Source: the human T2T-CHM13v2.0 reference genome, Homo sapiens. Taken from it: a stretch of DNA of 64,000 bases. Under the pieces are notes generated by a model, which was not told the DNA's origin, made no database searches, and was given only the letters and a program-made list of their open reading frames with translations. The stretch lies in the NCBI RefSeq assembly GCF_009914755.1, contig NC_060927.1; one strand, given 5' to 3'. The first letter of the stretch is position 1. Every line of letters starts with the position of its first letter. A program made the translations under genes and the position numbers. Shown here piece by piece: positions 14,681-43,987 of the stretch.

Positions 14681-15038
14681 GTGAGTCACCCCTTGGAGGG
14701 TGGGCAAGGGTGGGATGGGGAGGGCATAAGCAGCAATGGGGACAAGCAAAGGTGGCTGGAAGTGGAGGGATAGTAGGAAGGATTGACTGGCTGAATTGTG
14801 TGTGTACTTGTTATGTGTCGAGTGTGGACAGTGGCTGCCGGGGAGGGCAGGGACCTCAAAGGCCCCGCTAAAGGGCTAAGCCTTCACCCTTGCAGGTCTT
14901 AGGTAGTCATGGAGGGCTTTAAGGGATCATCATGGACAGAGCTGGATCCTGGTGGTTGGAGGAGGGACTGGTAGGAGGGTGGCCATGGGTGAGGGTGGAG
15001 GCCTCCTCCTAGACCTCTCCCTTCTCTCCTCAATCCAG

Positions 15039-15123
15039 GGCCATCTTGGTGCGGAGAGATGAGATACGGCCACTGAGCTTCGAGTTCACCCCAGAGACTG
15101 AGCGGCAGCGGATCCAGCAGCTG
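15039..15123 (+). CDS. PPM1M: PPM1M exon 5
   Basis: AILVRRDEIRPLSFEFTPETERQRIQQL; ag/gt boundaries in phase. Confidence 0.95.
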
Positions 15124-15220
15124 GTAGGTGCCCTTGGCAGCATGGAGGCTGTGAAGCTCCAACTCCTGGGTCCAGGGCCATAAGAAGGAGTATGACCTGA
15201 GCGCAGCCTCCCCACCCCAG

Positions 15221-15339
15221 GCCTTTGTCTATCCTGAGCTTCTGGCTGGTGAGTTCACCCGACTGGAGTTCCCTCGGCGGCTGAAGGGGGATGACTTGGG
15301 ACAGAAGGTTTTGTTCAGGGATCACCACATGAGTGGCTG
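15221..15339 (+). CDS. PPM1M: PPM1M exon 6
   Basis: AFVYPELLAGEFTRLEFPRR...MSGW (flap region of the PPM1H/J/M clade). Confidence 0.95.
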
Positions 15340-15522
15340 GTGAGTGGGGATGGGGGACAGGTAGGAAGGGAGACCCCTGGGATCCAGGCCCAGCCGTATG
15401 GCCTGGGGCCCCCCTCCACCTTGGCAGGGTGGCACTGTGAGGGTGTGACAGCTGGGCCCTGAGTTGGGGAAAGATGAGATGGGGCACAGGGCTTGGGTTG
15501 ATGCTGGCTCTGCTCCTGGTAG

Positions 15523-15586
15523 GAGCTACAAACGTGTGGAGAAATCGGATCTCAAGTACCCACTGATCCATGGACAGGGTAGGCAG
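15523..15586 (+). CDS. PPM1M: PPM1M exon 7
   Basis: SYKRVEKSDLKYPLIHGQGRQ; tag acceptor, gtcagt donor. Confidence 0.93.
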
Positions 15587-15841
15587 GTCAGTGCCTGGTC
15601 CTCCTCAACCCCAAGAATCCCTCTTCATTGTCCCCTGCAGAGGTGGGAGCTCCTTTGCCTCTTGCTGGTAGCTGTGGCTGGTGGCCTGGGATTTGCTCTG
15701 AGACTAGGAATTTTCTCTCTCAGTCCAAGGCTTCCAAGGGCCACAGTCCACCTCTCCCTGTGTGCTCTGCAGTGCTAGGGCCTGGTACTTGTGCATTTGC
15801 TGGAGCTGTTTGCCATCGCCTCACACCTCACTTTCCCTCAG

Positions 15842-15949
15842 GCTCGGTTACTAGGAACACTGGCTGTCTCCCGGGGCCTGGGAGACCATCAGCTCAGAGT
15901 CCTGGACACAAACATCCAGCTCAAGCCCTTCTTGCTCTCTGTGCCACAG
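15842..15949 (+). CDS. PPM1M: PPM1M exon 8
   Basis: ARLLGTLAVSRGLGD PP2C motif. Confidence 0.97.
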
Positions 15950-16059
15950 GTAAGGGGGCAACGCTGTCCAACCCAGCTTCCATCTGCCCAGAAAGGCAGA
16001 CAGTGAGGCTGGTGGGAGTCGGGAAGGGAGTGTGCAGGATCCTCAGGCTTAATTTGTAG

Positions 16060-16208
16060 GTGACTGTGCTGGATGTGGACCAGCTGGAGCTACAGGAGGA
16101 TGATGTGGTTGTCATGGCAACTGATGGACTCTGGGATGTACTGTCCAACGAGCAGGTGGCATGGCTGGTGCGGAGCTTCCTCCCTGGGAACCAAGAGGAC
16201 CCACACAG
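16060..16208 (+). CDS. PPM1M: PPM1M exon 9
   Basis: VVVMATDGLWDV PP2C motif; donor AG|gtactg. Confidence 0.97.
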
Positions 16209-16555
16209 GTACTGTAGCTGCTGGGGACCTGCCTGGGCCTGGGTTGGTGCCAGCAGCAAGCCCAAGTAGTTATGGCTGAGAAGACAGAGCACTGACAATG
16301 AGCTGGCAGCTGGCCAGGATCAGGGCTGTCTCAAGCTTCTTGGAGGAGGCAGGGAGACCGTGGGTTCCGAAAATCCCTGGATTTAGACTCTCATGGTCCA
16401 GCCCGTGGCCCTCCCAGACTTGCTGCTTGCTTGGTCCACAGTCGGACTGCATTGCTTGGGTCCCCATGTCCAGCCTTGTGCAGTGAGTTCTCCTAAGGTC
16501 TGGCCTTGCCCCTTTGCTCTGCCCCTGAAGTCTATCTGCAGGATGGTCTTCACAG

Positions 16556-16700
16556 GTTCTCAAAGCTGGCCCAGATGCTGATACACAGCACACAGGGAAA
16601 GGAAGACAGTCTCACAGAGGAAGGGCAGGTGTCCTACGATGACGTCTCTGTGTTCGTGATTCCCTTGCACAGTCAGGGCCAAGAGAGCAGTGACCACTGA
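16556..16700 (+). CDS. PPM1M: PPM1M exon 10 (last coding exon)
   Basis: FSKLAQML...SYDDVSVFVIPL...SDH*. The ten exons sum to 1380 nt = 459 aa + stop. Confidence 0.93.
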
Positions 16701-17463
16701 GGATTCAGACACTGTATCCCAGAACTGCTCTAGTGCCCGGGTGTGGTCTGGGCATCCCTCCAGTGTGACCAAGAGCAAATCCTGCCTGCCCTATCCCTAG
16801 CCACCGCCCAGTGCTCTCACTATCCACCTCAACACACATCCATCTCAAGAGGAACATTTATACCAGGCAGTCAGAGCTGGAAGTGTATGGAGAGCCCAGC
16901 CCACCAGGTCCTGCCTTTTGCGGTGATAACCTTCTCTGGCAGAGTGACTTTACAACTTAACTAGGAAACCCATGTGAGGCTCCTCAGACAGGATCTTGAA
17001 CAGCCCAAAGTATCATTCTCAGATAGGGGCACCCAAGCTAAGGGTATTAGCCAAAGATGCCAGGATGGGTAGCTAGCCCATGTTTAGATCCAGGTCTCCA
17101 ATTCATGGTTATCAGGGCATGTGTTCAACAACCCCCAAAGTCCACGCAGGTGGCTTGTAGAAACCTTTGGGCAGCCTCATGTCTGCTAAAACAGCCATCT
17201 TCAAGACAGCCCCTGAAAAGAGACCAGTTCAGGTCCTGCCCTGCTGTTCTTTGCTGGAGATGAGGAACAGGTGCTGGGGCTAAAGTTTGGGGTAGAGCAC
17301 AAGGGACAAGAGGAACTCTTGGAGTTGGCTGGGTGAGAGGGCTCTCCATTTGCTACCTGTAGTAGCCTGCCTCTTAACTGGTTGCTTCTCCCTAGTTCCA
17401 GCCCTGCCCTGGTCTGATGCCCCAACACTGCCCTTGCTTTGTTTTCCCTGTCACCTCCCTATT

Positions 17464-17469
17464 ATTAAA
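17464..17469 (+). terminator. PPM1M polyadenylation signal (ATTAAA)
   Basis: ATTAAA about 760 nt after the stop, followed by GT/T-rich sequence and before the Alu cluster. Confidence 0.7.
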
Positions 17470-17694
17470 TGTTTTCTACAGAAGAGCCTTGTGAGTCATG
17501 AATTGCTGTACAGCTTGGATTAAGGATACCTATTGCTAATTTTTGTTACCTTTGAGTGGATTAGTTTTAGCTCCACCTTGTAAGCCTGCATATAATCAGT
17601 ACTATGTTTTCTTTGCAGTTTCCCTAGTTCTCAGCTTGGGTGAGCCCCAGTGAGAGAATTTTTGGCCAGGAAACAGAAAAGTCTCTACCACCAT

Positions 17695-20057
<2,363 letters not shown>

Positions 20058-21334
20058 TCAGACCCCCTTTCCTACCCATTAACTCTAGATTTCATTTCCT
20101 ACACATTCTCCAGGGAAGACTGGAAAAACTGCATCAGATATTTCCCACTGCTATATTCCACAGTGCAGGACTTCAGGGTTGAACCTGTCCACAGCTAGGC
20201 CCTATGGTAGTCTTGCTAGGACTCCTCTAGCCAGGCAGCTTGAGTGCTGTCCTACCAGCCTGTAGGAGTGTCACTTCCTCTTTCCTCACCACAGCCTCCA
20301 CTACCTCACCACTCCGCCTGAGCAAAAAAAAAAAAAAGGGTGGGCAGCATCCTGTGCCTGCTTCTCTTACCCACATCAACTGCTGAGCCAGCTCGCCCCC
20401 ACAGCCTGCTTGCCTAGCTTGCTACCATGCCTGCTGTTGTTCCTCACGTCACAAGGCTGAATGAAGCCTGGGGGGTGGGTGAAGTAGGTCTTTCAGTTGC
20501 GAGCAGGACAGAGACCAGAGTGGCTGCTCTAAGGGCAGCCATGCTTACCTACTTGTTCATGTCTCCCAGCAGAGCTGAACACGGCAGCAGTCCTCCCACC
20601 AGGCCAGGAGGGGGTCTCTTCCTACGTACGTAGTGTCAGAAGAGCCTGTGCATGGCCTGTCACACACAAGCTAGGATGTTCCCTCCGCCACTGTTGCAGA
20701 GTCCCATGAGCAATGTGAAAATGTGGCAGGCCCAAGGTTTTCTTCTCTGGTCCAGAGAGGGCGAGGCAAGAGCAGGAAGCAGGTTCTACAGCTCTGAGAA
20801 TGCTGAGCTAGAGCAGCAGCCTCCAGGCAAATGGGTTACCAAAGCAATTGCCTTCTGCCAGACTGGGTGCTGGGGCCTCAGAGAGACTCCAGTATTCTTG
20901 CCTTCCTGAAACCAGGGTCTAGCAGGACAAAACATATTCCAACTAGAGGTTGTCAATCTGGTGAAGGGTTGAGTAAACAGTAGAGGATGCAAGGCAGCCT
21001 GAGGTAAGTGCCAGACAGTCTCCGAAGATTCAGGCTGGCTCAGGCTTGCCTTGCCCCGTCAGTCATTGCTGGCTCTATGGCTATTACAGCCTGGGGTTGA
21101 AGGCTGGTTCTAGGGGTTCCTCCCACCAGCCCATAAATCTTAGTTACCAAGGGGCAGTCAGAGGCAGTCCCAGGGAGCCCAGCAATCCGTCTACACAGCA
21201 TTACAGCAAGCTGCAGTGTGAGCCAGAACTAACAGGAGACAACCCAAGCCTCCCTCCAGCTCTGGGAACCAGGCAAACCATGCTACAGAAACTCAAATCG
21301 AAGAGGCTGCAGCCATAAAATTCTGTTTAAGACT

Positions 21335-24377
<3,043 letters not shown>

Positions 24378-24407
24378 TCAGTCATCAATGGTGGGCAACC
24401 AAAAGGC
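24378..24407 (-). CDS. WDR82: WDR82 exon 9 (AFWLPTIDD*)
   Basis: tag|GCC TTT TGG TTG CCC ACC ATT GAT GAC TGA. The nine exons sum to 942 nt = 313 aa + stop. Confidence 0.95.
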   Translation of the reverse strand, partial: AFWLPTIDD

Positions 24408-25423
24408 CTAGAAGGAGAACATAAATCAACTTTAAAAAGCCAAGCATCTCCTCACTGCCAACGGTTCTTCACATCCCACCCCACAGCAAAAATGTGCCCA
24501 ACCCCAGTGGCTCTGGTAGCCCTCTCTCCTAACCAACCAACCCCGATGCTCTAAGGAGACAGAAACACTCTTTCCTCTATGTGAAAGTAAAATGGTTCTG
24601 TTTTTCTCCAATAATCACTGTCCACCTTCCACCAAAGCAGACCCCCCGCCCCCTTTTTTTTAAAGGAAGGGAAAAAAAGGAGTGCTGCCTGGGAGGTGGG
24701 TGAATAAGTAACCTGTCCTCATTGCTAATCCACCAGGTTACCTCCAACAGGCCCCCACCTTCCTGGGCTGTAAAAAGTAAGGAACTGGATGGTTTTGCTG
24801 TATTTTTTCTAACATTTTTTTCTTGGTTAAAAAAAAAAAGCAAGGTGGCAATGTGCTCCGGGTAGGCTAGTAATGAAATGTCTCATCCCCGAATACCCAG
24901 GCAGGTTTAGGAGATCACAAGGGAAAACTGGAGCTGAGACTCACTGATCCTTTGTTCTGTTAGTATTATCTAGGAAGAGATAAGGGCCTGGAGTTAATTC
25001 TAAGTGGTGAGTTATGACCAACTGTAGAAATTTCTGGGAATTTGGCGTAAACCAACAGGAATGGAAAACTGAAACCACAAAAGGCCGGTTCAGAGTATTT
25101 TAAGGAGCAAAAAAATTGCCAAGCATAGCCCAGGTAGTTTGGACCTAAAATTAGGGTCCAGAGCAAAAACTGGCCTATGATCTCCTTGGAACTCAAAGAT
25201 GATTCCTGATCACCTCTAGGAAGAATAAAAATGAAAGGCAAGACCAGCCCAGCCAGAGATCAAATAATAGGAGATGAAATAGGGAAACCACCAGTTGAGA
25301 AACATGTACTTGGATGCTTGTAATGTACCTATGTAGAACACAGCTTGCTGTGCTTGTTGAGGCACCCACCACCCCAACTGGGAAGGGTCCCTGAGTAGCA
25401 GATACCTCTTACTGTTCACATAC

Positions 25424-25566
25424 CATGTTGGAACACGCACTGGCAAAAGTCATGAACTTGGGGTTGAATTGCAAACAGGTAATCGGGCCTGTGTGTTTAC
25501 CATCCAACACAGCTACTTTTATACCGCTCTCTCCATTCCAGACATGGATCTTGCCATCCTCTGAAC
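25424..25566 (-). CDS. WDR82: WDR82 exon 8
   Basis: [15 protein letters not shown]...[17 protein letters not shown]40 repeat; ag/gt boundaries. Confidence 0.96.
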
Positions 25567-26084
25567 CTAAAGAGGATATTCACGGAAAATGTAACAGCTC
25601 AAGGCGCAATACAAAGACAACTGGAAATGAGACATGGATTGAGATCTGAGGATACGCCAAGCTTTAGGACCCATCCCTCAGGCAAAATTGAGAGGGAGGA
25701 GAGGCAGTGAAGGAAGGACACTTTGGAAATTTATCTTGACCCTAGCTATTTGTTCACAGGCATGTCACTTCCGTTCTAACTTCAGTTTTCTCATCTAAAA
25801 AAGGGGCCGAATACCATTACCCTACCAACAGGCAGCCACTAAGATGACTGAATGTAGGGTTACACCAGGACATTAGCATTACTAATAAGGTAGTGCTTGT
25901 GGAGTTTAACTCAAATTTTGGTCCAGTCAGGGCAGTTAAAAGACACTATGTCCTTGGCATAATGTGCTATACAGAAATCTAAGAACATCTATCAAATAGA
26001 TAATAATGTCTCAGTTAATAATTTAAACAAAGAAATGCATAGTACCAGAGAAATAACCCCCACAGGGGATAAAAGGAAACTCAC

Positions 26085-26154
26085 CAATCATAATAAACTG
26101 AGAGTCTGGAGTAAATGAAGCCTCCAGTGTGACAGCTTTGCTGTTGGCATAACC
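26085..26154 (-). CDS. WDR82: WDR82 exon 7
   Basis: [23 protein letters not shown]; in phase. Confidence 0.95.
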
Positions 26155-26604
26155 CTAAAACAAAACAGAGCAGTTCTTTTGTTCTTACAGAGCCATTAAT
26201 AAAAACAGCTGCCTACAAACACTGACTCAGCACATGCATCACCTTCCTTTCCATGAAACCCTTTCCTTGTCATGTACTACACCACCAAGCTTCCAAATGT
26301 GGTTGCCATCGTTGACAATCCACTCCCACCCTCAACTCTGTATTCAAGGCATACTCAAGGGGGCAAGAAAACTTTATTGTTAGGAAATTATTTTATATCT
26401 AAATACCAAACTTGGGTCACTTGGTGAGAAATGAACATCTACGAAATCCAAGAGAGGTAAGTTCATGAGCAGGAAGAAAATACAAGTGCATGCCTTCATG
26501 AGTAAGTCAAGAGTAACTGTTGGTCTCCACCAACCAGCTAACATAATTCTTAGCATAGGAAGTATGAGCATGGAAACAGCCATGCTTGAAGGCTGTCAGC
26601 TCAC

Positions 26605-26760
26605 CCCAAATGTGTGCATCACCACTCCTTTGAATGCATCAATCAGACGAATGAAGCTGCCGTTGGTGGAAATGAGGATGAGCTTGCCATCATTGCTGAA
26701 TTTAAGTCCTGTCCACTCACAAGTTCGATCATACTGCATCTTAAAGGTAGCAAATGGCCC
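26605..26760 (-). CDS. WDR82: WDR82 exon 6
   Basis: [33 protein letters not shown]...HTFG. Confidence 0.96.
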
Positions 26761-26839
26761 CTGCAAAAGATAAAAAACAGTAGCCCCAGGCATATTAATA
26801 ATTTCTTCTGCTAGAGCCAATTCCCATCCTATTCCTTTA

Positions 26840-28088
<1,249 letters not shown>

Positions 28089-28267
28089 CTAGATTAGGGT
28101 ATGTGCTTAGCAGCTACCAACTAAAAAAACAGATTTTCTCCAAAGTTTAAAAAGACCCTGTGATCCCAGAATGGAACCACTGTTTTCTCCCTTCTTTGAG
28201 AGGTAGAGTTCATTACAGTGCCTACCAAAGAAAATGCTCAAAAAGTATAACTGTGAGGTACCATTAC

Positions 28268-28367
28268 CTGGCAGTTAGGAGACCGGAGATCCCAGAGTCG
28301 AATGGTCTTATCAAGAGACCCAGAAATGAAAGTGTCATCCACAGGTGACATGGACAAGGCCACCACC
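28268..28367 (-). CDS. WDR82: WDR82 exon 4
   Basis: [33 protein letters not shown], a canonical WD40 repeat. Confidence 0.97.
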
Positions 28368-28589
28368 CTGCAATACATCGAGATAAATAGGAGTTGATGC
28401 GAAATATTAGCAAAAATTGGATGTGAATTCTAAACCACTCTGCCTATCTATACATATATATACCTGTTCTCCCAAAATTGCCATTTTAAGAAACACAATA
28501 AAACACACATACCACAACCATATCTGGAACAAACAAAGGCAACTAGTATAAAAAAAAAAATTTAAAGCTACAAAATAAAAATATATGAT

Positions 28590-29305
28590 TCCAATGCAAA
28601 TCAAAACCACAATGAAATACTACTCCACACCCTCTAGCATAGCTATAATAAGAGAGATAACAAGTGTTGGTGAGGATGCAGAGAAATTGGAACCCTCATA
28701 CATTGCTAATGGAAATGTAAAAATGGTACAGTTGCTTTGGAAAAGTTTTTCCAAAAAAAGTTACCACGTGACCCAGAAACTCCACTCCTAGGTATTTACC
28801 CAAGATAACTGAAAATATATGTCCACACAAAAATGTACACATATGTTCAGATCTGCACTATTCATAACAGCCAAAAAGTAGAAATAACCCAAATGGTCCA
28901 TTAACTAATGGATGGACAAACAAAATGTGCTGTATCTATACACTGGAACATTATTTGGCAATAAAAAGTAATAAAGTACTGCCTCATGTGACAACATGGA
29001 GGAACCTTGGGAACACCATGCTAAGTAAAAGAAGCCAGGCACAAAAGATCAGATATGAACTGATCCATTTACACAAAATGTCTAGAATAGGCAAATCTAT
29101 AAAGACAGAAGTAGATCAGCAGTTGGTAGGGGCTGAGGGAGTGATTACTAATGGGTACAGAGTTTCTCTTTGGAGTGATAAAAATGTTCTGAAGTTAGAT
29201 GATGGTGATAGTTGTCCAACTTTGCAAATATAGTAAAAACCACTGAACTGTACATTTTTAAAGGAATCATTTACAGTATGTAGACTGTATCTCAATTAAA
29301 AAAAC
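28590..29305 (+). mobile_element. Old L1 (L1M/L1MB-like) 3' fragment
   Basis: atgcaaatcaaaaccacaatg..., ctcctaggtatttacccaa..., ccactgaactgtaca...tatctcaattaaaaaaa: ORF2 end, 3' UTR and tail. Confidence 0.85.
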
Positions 29306-29349
29306 ACAAAAAAGCATGATTCCTTATCAAGATGTGTGAGGACTACACA

Positions 29350-29535
29350 GATATTCTCAAACCTAAGTGGCATCAGCATCACCTGGAGGGTGGGTTAAAA
29401 CAGACTGCTAGGATCTGCTCCCAGAGCCTCTAATCCAGTAGGCCTGACTTGGGGTCTGTGAATCTGAGTTTCTAACTAGCCCCCAGGTGATGGGTGAGGC
29501 TGCTGTTTTGGGCACCACACCTAGAGAACCACAAG
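29350..29535. mobile_element. MER5A-like hAT-Charlie MITE
   Basis: ttctcaaac...catcagcatcacctggagg...ccccaggtgatg...gagaaccac. Confidence 0.7.
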
Positions 29536-29734
29536 CCTATGCTAACAGCAACTGTATTCCTTTTTTGGTTCCCTTTTGTGGTTATACCATCAAGAGACAC
29601 TCACTGAAAAACATTTTCTTCCAATGTAACTCAACTAACATCTGCACCAGCTCCTCAAGTTAAAATTTTAAAAGGTATTGTTAAAAGCCAAAATTTCCTG
29701 AGAATGCTGAGGAGGTAATAAAACACAATGAGCA

Positions 29735-33627
<3,893 letters not shown>

Positions 33628-33841
33628 TAGTTATATTTTAACTGAGGTATCTCTGAACACCTACCTCTGCACCTCTATAACCTCAGTAAATCAAGAGTTG
33701 ACTATTTAAGAGAAGATGAAGAATGCCAAGCAGTAGTGAGGAAGTAGCTTCAGTTCACTAATAAGCTCTCTCTAGCCTTCTATTCTCTGGGTAACCTCAG
33801 GGATAAAAGAACTATCTGCTTCTATAATACGTGGGTCTTAC

Positions 33842-33908
33842 CTTTTGCTATGTCCAGGAAAGTATCTGATGTATTTGTTGTCATGCAAGGACAAGTAACG
33901 AATAGTAT
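33842..33908 (-). CDS. WDR82: WDR82 exon 3
   Basis: (D)[21 protein letters not shown](R); 67 nt; cag acceptor, gtaag donor. Confidence 0.96.
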
Positions 33909-35167
33909 CTGTAAAAAGACAAACAAGGTATGATGATATCATACTATTTAAAAGAAATTTACTTTACATTTTCATCTTAAAAAGACAAGGTCAAATAATC
34001 CATTGTATTCTATATCCCAAGCAAGGCATGAATAAATAATGGTGAATAATTCTACTCTGCAGCTGAAGAGTGGGTATGTAGATTTCACCTAACTCAAAAG
34101 CAGAGTTCTTAAGTTGACAGCATAGAAAGCAATGTTTGAAATGACCTTTTATTACCAATTTGGTTTCTTCATAATTACAATGCAACTCCCACCCTGCAAA
34201 TATACCCTGGTCAAAAAACAAAAACAAGTAAAGCACACATAATAATTTTAGATACTGGTCTAGTGTCCACAGAATGGCAAACCTTAAAGAAAAATATGTG
34301 GCTGTTGAGCTAACAGACTTAAAGAGGTGAGCAGCCATGGCAGTTAAACTGAAGATCAGGTTGAACCCTGGCAGCAATTTTTGTCTAGAGTTCTCCATCA
34401 GTATGTTGACCCACCCTCAACTCATTTGAACATTCTTCAATTGGACACACAAATTACAATGAAAATAAACAAAACGTCAGAGAAGTGATGTCAAGATCTG
34501 GGTTAAAAAGATCTTAAGACATTAAAAAAATCAAATTCTTATACCAATGAGTAATAGCAGTGAGATTTTGACAATATTAAAGAAAGGAACAATCAGAGAT
34601 TTGTGCTTGTGGAAAAATAAGACACTCTTAACCAAATGATTCTATCTGAAAGAGTAAACAAACAAAAAACATGGTGGCGGTAGAGAAATGAAGTGCCATA
34701 AAGAATAAAACTGCAAAATAGAAAAGTATTATCCCCTTAAAAAGACTAGGAATAAGGAAAAATTGTTGAGAAACAGCTAAGGGAAAATGGTACCAAAATG
34801 CAGAAAGAAAACCATAGAAAGAACATTCTGAAGGCAAACAGAACATAGGAATAAAGGGGTTGAAAGCATCGAGTCATCCCAGGGGTTCACAGGGGTGCTT
34901 TCTAATAAGAGGGCATTTAACTTGGGAGGGGGAATAGGGGAATAGGGATATTTGTATATTCCATAACTTGAACACTACACAATTTTCCTTGAAAACATCT
35001 TCAAACTTCTTGAATGACAACTACGAAGTATTTCTAGTTATTCTACTGCTAACAATGACTCACCTGCCCTAAGAAGAAAAAGACTTCCTCCCCATTACCT
35101 GGTTTCCCAGAGATGAGCAGGGTGACGCCATCCTCTCAGCCCCACTTGGCAGCTGGCGCGCTGTTCC

Positions 35168-35251
35168 TGGCAAGGCAGTGGCCTGTACAGTTATCTCCTG
35201 TACCGGGTGGTATCATAGACCCTCAAACTGTACAAACTACTACCTCAGCCT
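35168..35251 (-). ncRNA. MIRLET7G: let-7g precursor hairpin in WDR82 intron 2 (5p 35247-35226; 3p 35190-35170)
   Basis: Minus strand contains UGAGGUAGUAGUUUGUACAGUU and star strand CUGUACAGGCCACUGCCUUGC; LIN28 GGAG loop motif at 35198-35195. Confidence 0.99.
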
Positions 35252-35713
35252 GGAATCAGGCAAAAGGAAACGGAGCGCTGGAGGAACTCTTCAGGATGCA
35301 CTTGAGACAGGAAAGGGAACATCCTCACAGCAGAGGCTTGGCAGCAAAGCTACAAGTGCCACACATTTGCCTCATCTTGCACCACATTTGGAGAATCCTC
35401 ATTTAATCACTCAGAAAAACATCCCAACAGAAGAAATAAACCAGTCATTCGGATGATCACATAGACATGTTTCCTCAGGATCCTAAGGTTTTACATTCTT
35501 TTCCAAAATCATTAACTACACTGCTTCCTTAGAAAACCACTTCTGAAATACAGGCATGAAAAGTAGAAATGACATACTTAACTAAAAATCAATACAGGCA
35601 GAAGAGTCTCATTAAAAAAAAAAAAAAATGGAAAAAAGGACTTCCGCCCATTCTGCTCTGAGATAGGCACAGCCAAAATAGCAGTATAAGCTATCCTTGT
35701 GGAATGACATTAG

Positions 35714-37322
<1,609 letters not shown>

Positions 37323-37601
37323 TAAGTGTCAGGAAGTACAAATCATAAACACAATTAGTTGTTTCCTTTTTCCACTCCCCACTCTGAATTGAAGACTTTT
37401 CATACTCAGTCCCAAGTCCTTCAAAAGTGCCAATGGCTTGCTTCCAGCATTCCTTCAGTCAAAACAATGCAATTAACATTACTAACATTATATGAAAATA
37501 CTTAAACTAAAGTAGTCACAAAGCAGAAGTAGTCACAAAGATTCCATGAACTATTTAACAAAGGAAACCATGACCTTAACTTCCTAAAAAGGCTTGCTTA
37601 C

Positions 37602-37699
37602 CGTCTATTTTGTTAGAGCTGTAAACAACTGTGTTTGCTGCATGAGTGTATCTGATGAGGTCCACACCATATTTCTTACTGTACAGGGTTCTCTTTGGT
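37602..37699 (-). CDS. WDR82: WDR82 exon 2
   Basis: [32 protein letters not shown]; 98 nt. Confidence 0.96.
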
Positions 37700-37994
37700 C
37701 TGATAAGAAAATAGAGACAGAAAATCATGAACATTCTCCATCATCAAAATCTGGGATCTCCACATAAAGAGAAGCACTTGAATGATGTGGCAAAGGTGAG
37801 GATTTTTGGTAAGTTCTAACACTGGAAAGAAACAACTTCTTCCAAAAGGGAAAAAACAACGCTCAAGCAACAGCCATCTGAAGAAGCTTTCCACCTTAGA
37901 ACACCTAGTGGCAAGGTTAGGTGGGAAGTAAAAGTAAATCTGGGGATTCAATTCAGTCTTTACTACAATGTTCAAAAGCTTTGAGAAAAAAATA

Positions 37995-38351
37995 CAATCA
38001 TGTGCCATGTGATGACATTTTTATCAACAACAGACAGCACATAGGGTAATGGTCTCATAAGATTATAATAGAGCTGCCCTCTACAACCGATGTTTCATTT
38101 TTTAAATCCCTTAAACTGTTTTACGGCACCTTTTCTATGTTTAGATACACAAACACTTAACGCTATATTATAATTGCCTACAGTATTCAGTACTGTAAAA
38201 TGCTGTACAGGTTTGTAGCCTAGGAGCAATGGGCCATACCAAACAGCCTAGGTGTGTGCAGATTATACCGTCAGGTTTGTGTAAGTACACTCTATGATGC
38301 TGCTGCAACAAAAACTCACGTGATGATCCCCATCTAAGTGATGCATGGCTG
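37995..38351 (+). mobile_element. Tigger3/MER7-type Tc1-mariner non-autonomous element
   Basis: TA-flanked ends caatcatg... and ...catggctg, with internal tacaggtttgtagcctaggagcaat typical of Tigger3. Confidence 0.75.
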
Positions 38352-38701
38352 TACATCTACTTGGGAAGAAAGGCACACAAAACAAGTCTTAACTTACAAC
38401 AAAGAGGGATATGAGAATATGTCAAACCCAAGAGGCCAAACTTTTCTTCTCAAGACATCCATTTAGAAAGAAGCTCTGTGTTTTTTTTTTTCAAGACGGC
38501 AGTGATTCCTCAAAACTGAAACCAGATGCAAAACTGCTTGCCTTTGCTAATGTAACCTGCTCTTGCAGAAGACATCCATCCTTCCTATCCTACAGGTCAA
38601 AAGCGCTTGCTGAGCCTTTTAGAAGGCAAGCCTAACTTTCTCTAGCAAAACCAGTTAAATAGTTCCTTTGCTTTTACTTTAAAGCAAAATCACACATTTC
38701 T

Positions 38702-43386
<4,685 letters not shown>

Positions 43387-43956
43387 TCAAAATTACGCCA
43401 AATTTGGGGACAAACTGCAAAGAAATGCTATAACAACCTTCATTTCCTTTAAATGAGGATATACATCTCCACCCTCAGGTTCTGGGAAGAGGTTCTAATC
43501 TGTGCATAAGCACTATACATTTCATGCAAGCCAGCTTCAAATTACTCCTCCAGGACCCCACAATGCTGACCCTACTACCACACCTTTAAATGTTACTTCG
43601 TCTTCTAAACTGATTCAAGTGACCAGACCAGGACAGAAATCCATCTACTCAATGAGTAACACTGACTCAAATAACTATTTGTCCAGCTAACAATTCCCTC
43701 TTCCTTAAGACCACCACTGCAGACCACTCTGCCACAAACTGCAGGCAGATCCAGAGCCGGTTACATAATACTTTCTCACAGCCCCAGTGGGGAAAAAAAC
43801 TGGGGGGATACCATTATAGCTCAGTCCAAACTAGCATTACTTCAGATAATCAAATTCACAAATGAAGAGATATGTTCCAAAAGAAGGACACCAGTCTAAA
43901 AAAAAAAAAAGGAAAAAGGAACAGCTGGAGAAGGTGGAGAAAAACCCAAGATCTCA

Positions 43957-43986
<30 letters not shown>
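43957..43986. repeat. (AAT)n microsatellite
   Basis: About 10 tandem aat units. Confidence 0.95.

Positions 43987-43987
<1 letters not shown>

Noticed and set aside
20301-20308. let-7 8mer site CTACCTCA on the plus strand
   Set aside because: It lies about 2.8 kb beyond the PPM1M poly(A) signal and on the wrong strand for WDR82. I found no canonical 7/8mer let-7 site in the WDR82 3' UTR, so no host autoregulation is claimed.
24708-24741. 8-bp inverted repeat gtaacctg...caggttac in WDR82 intron 8 as a possible snoRNA or miRNA
   Set aside because: Stem too short; no C/D or H/ACA box arrangement seen.
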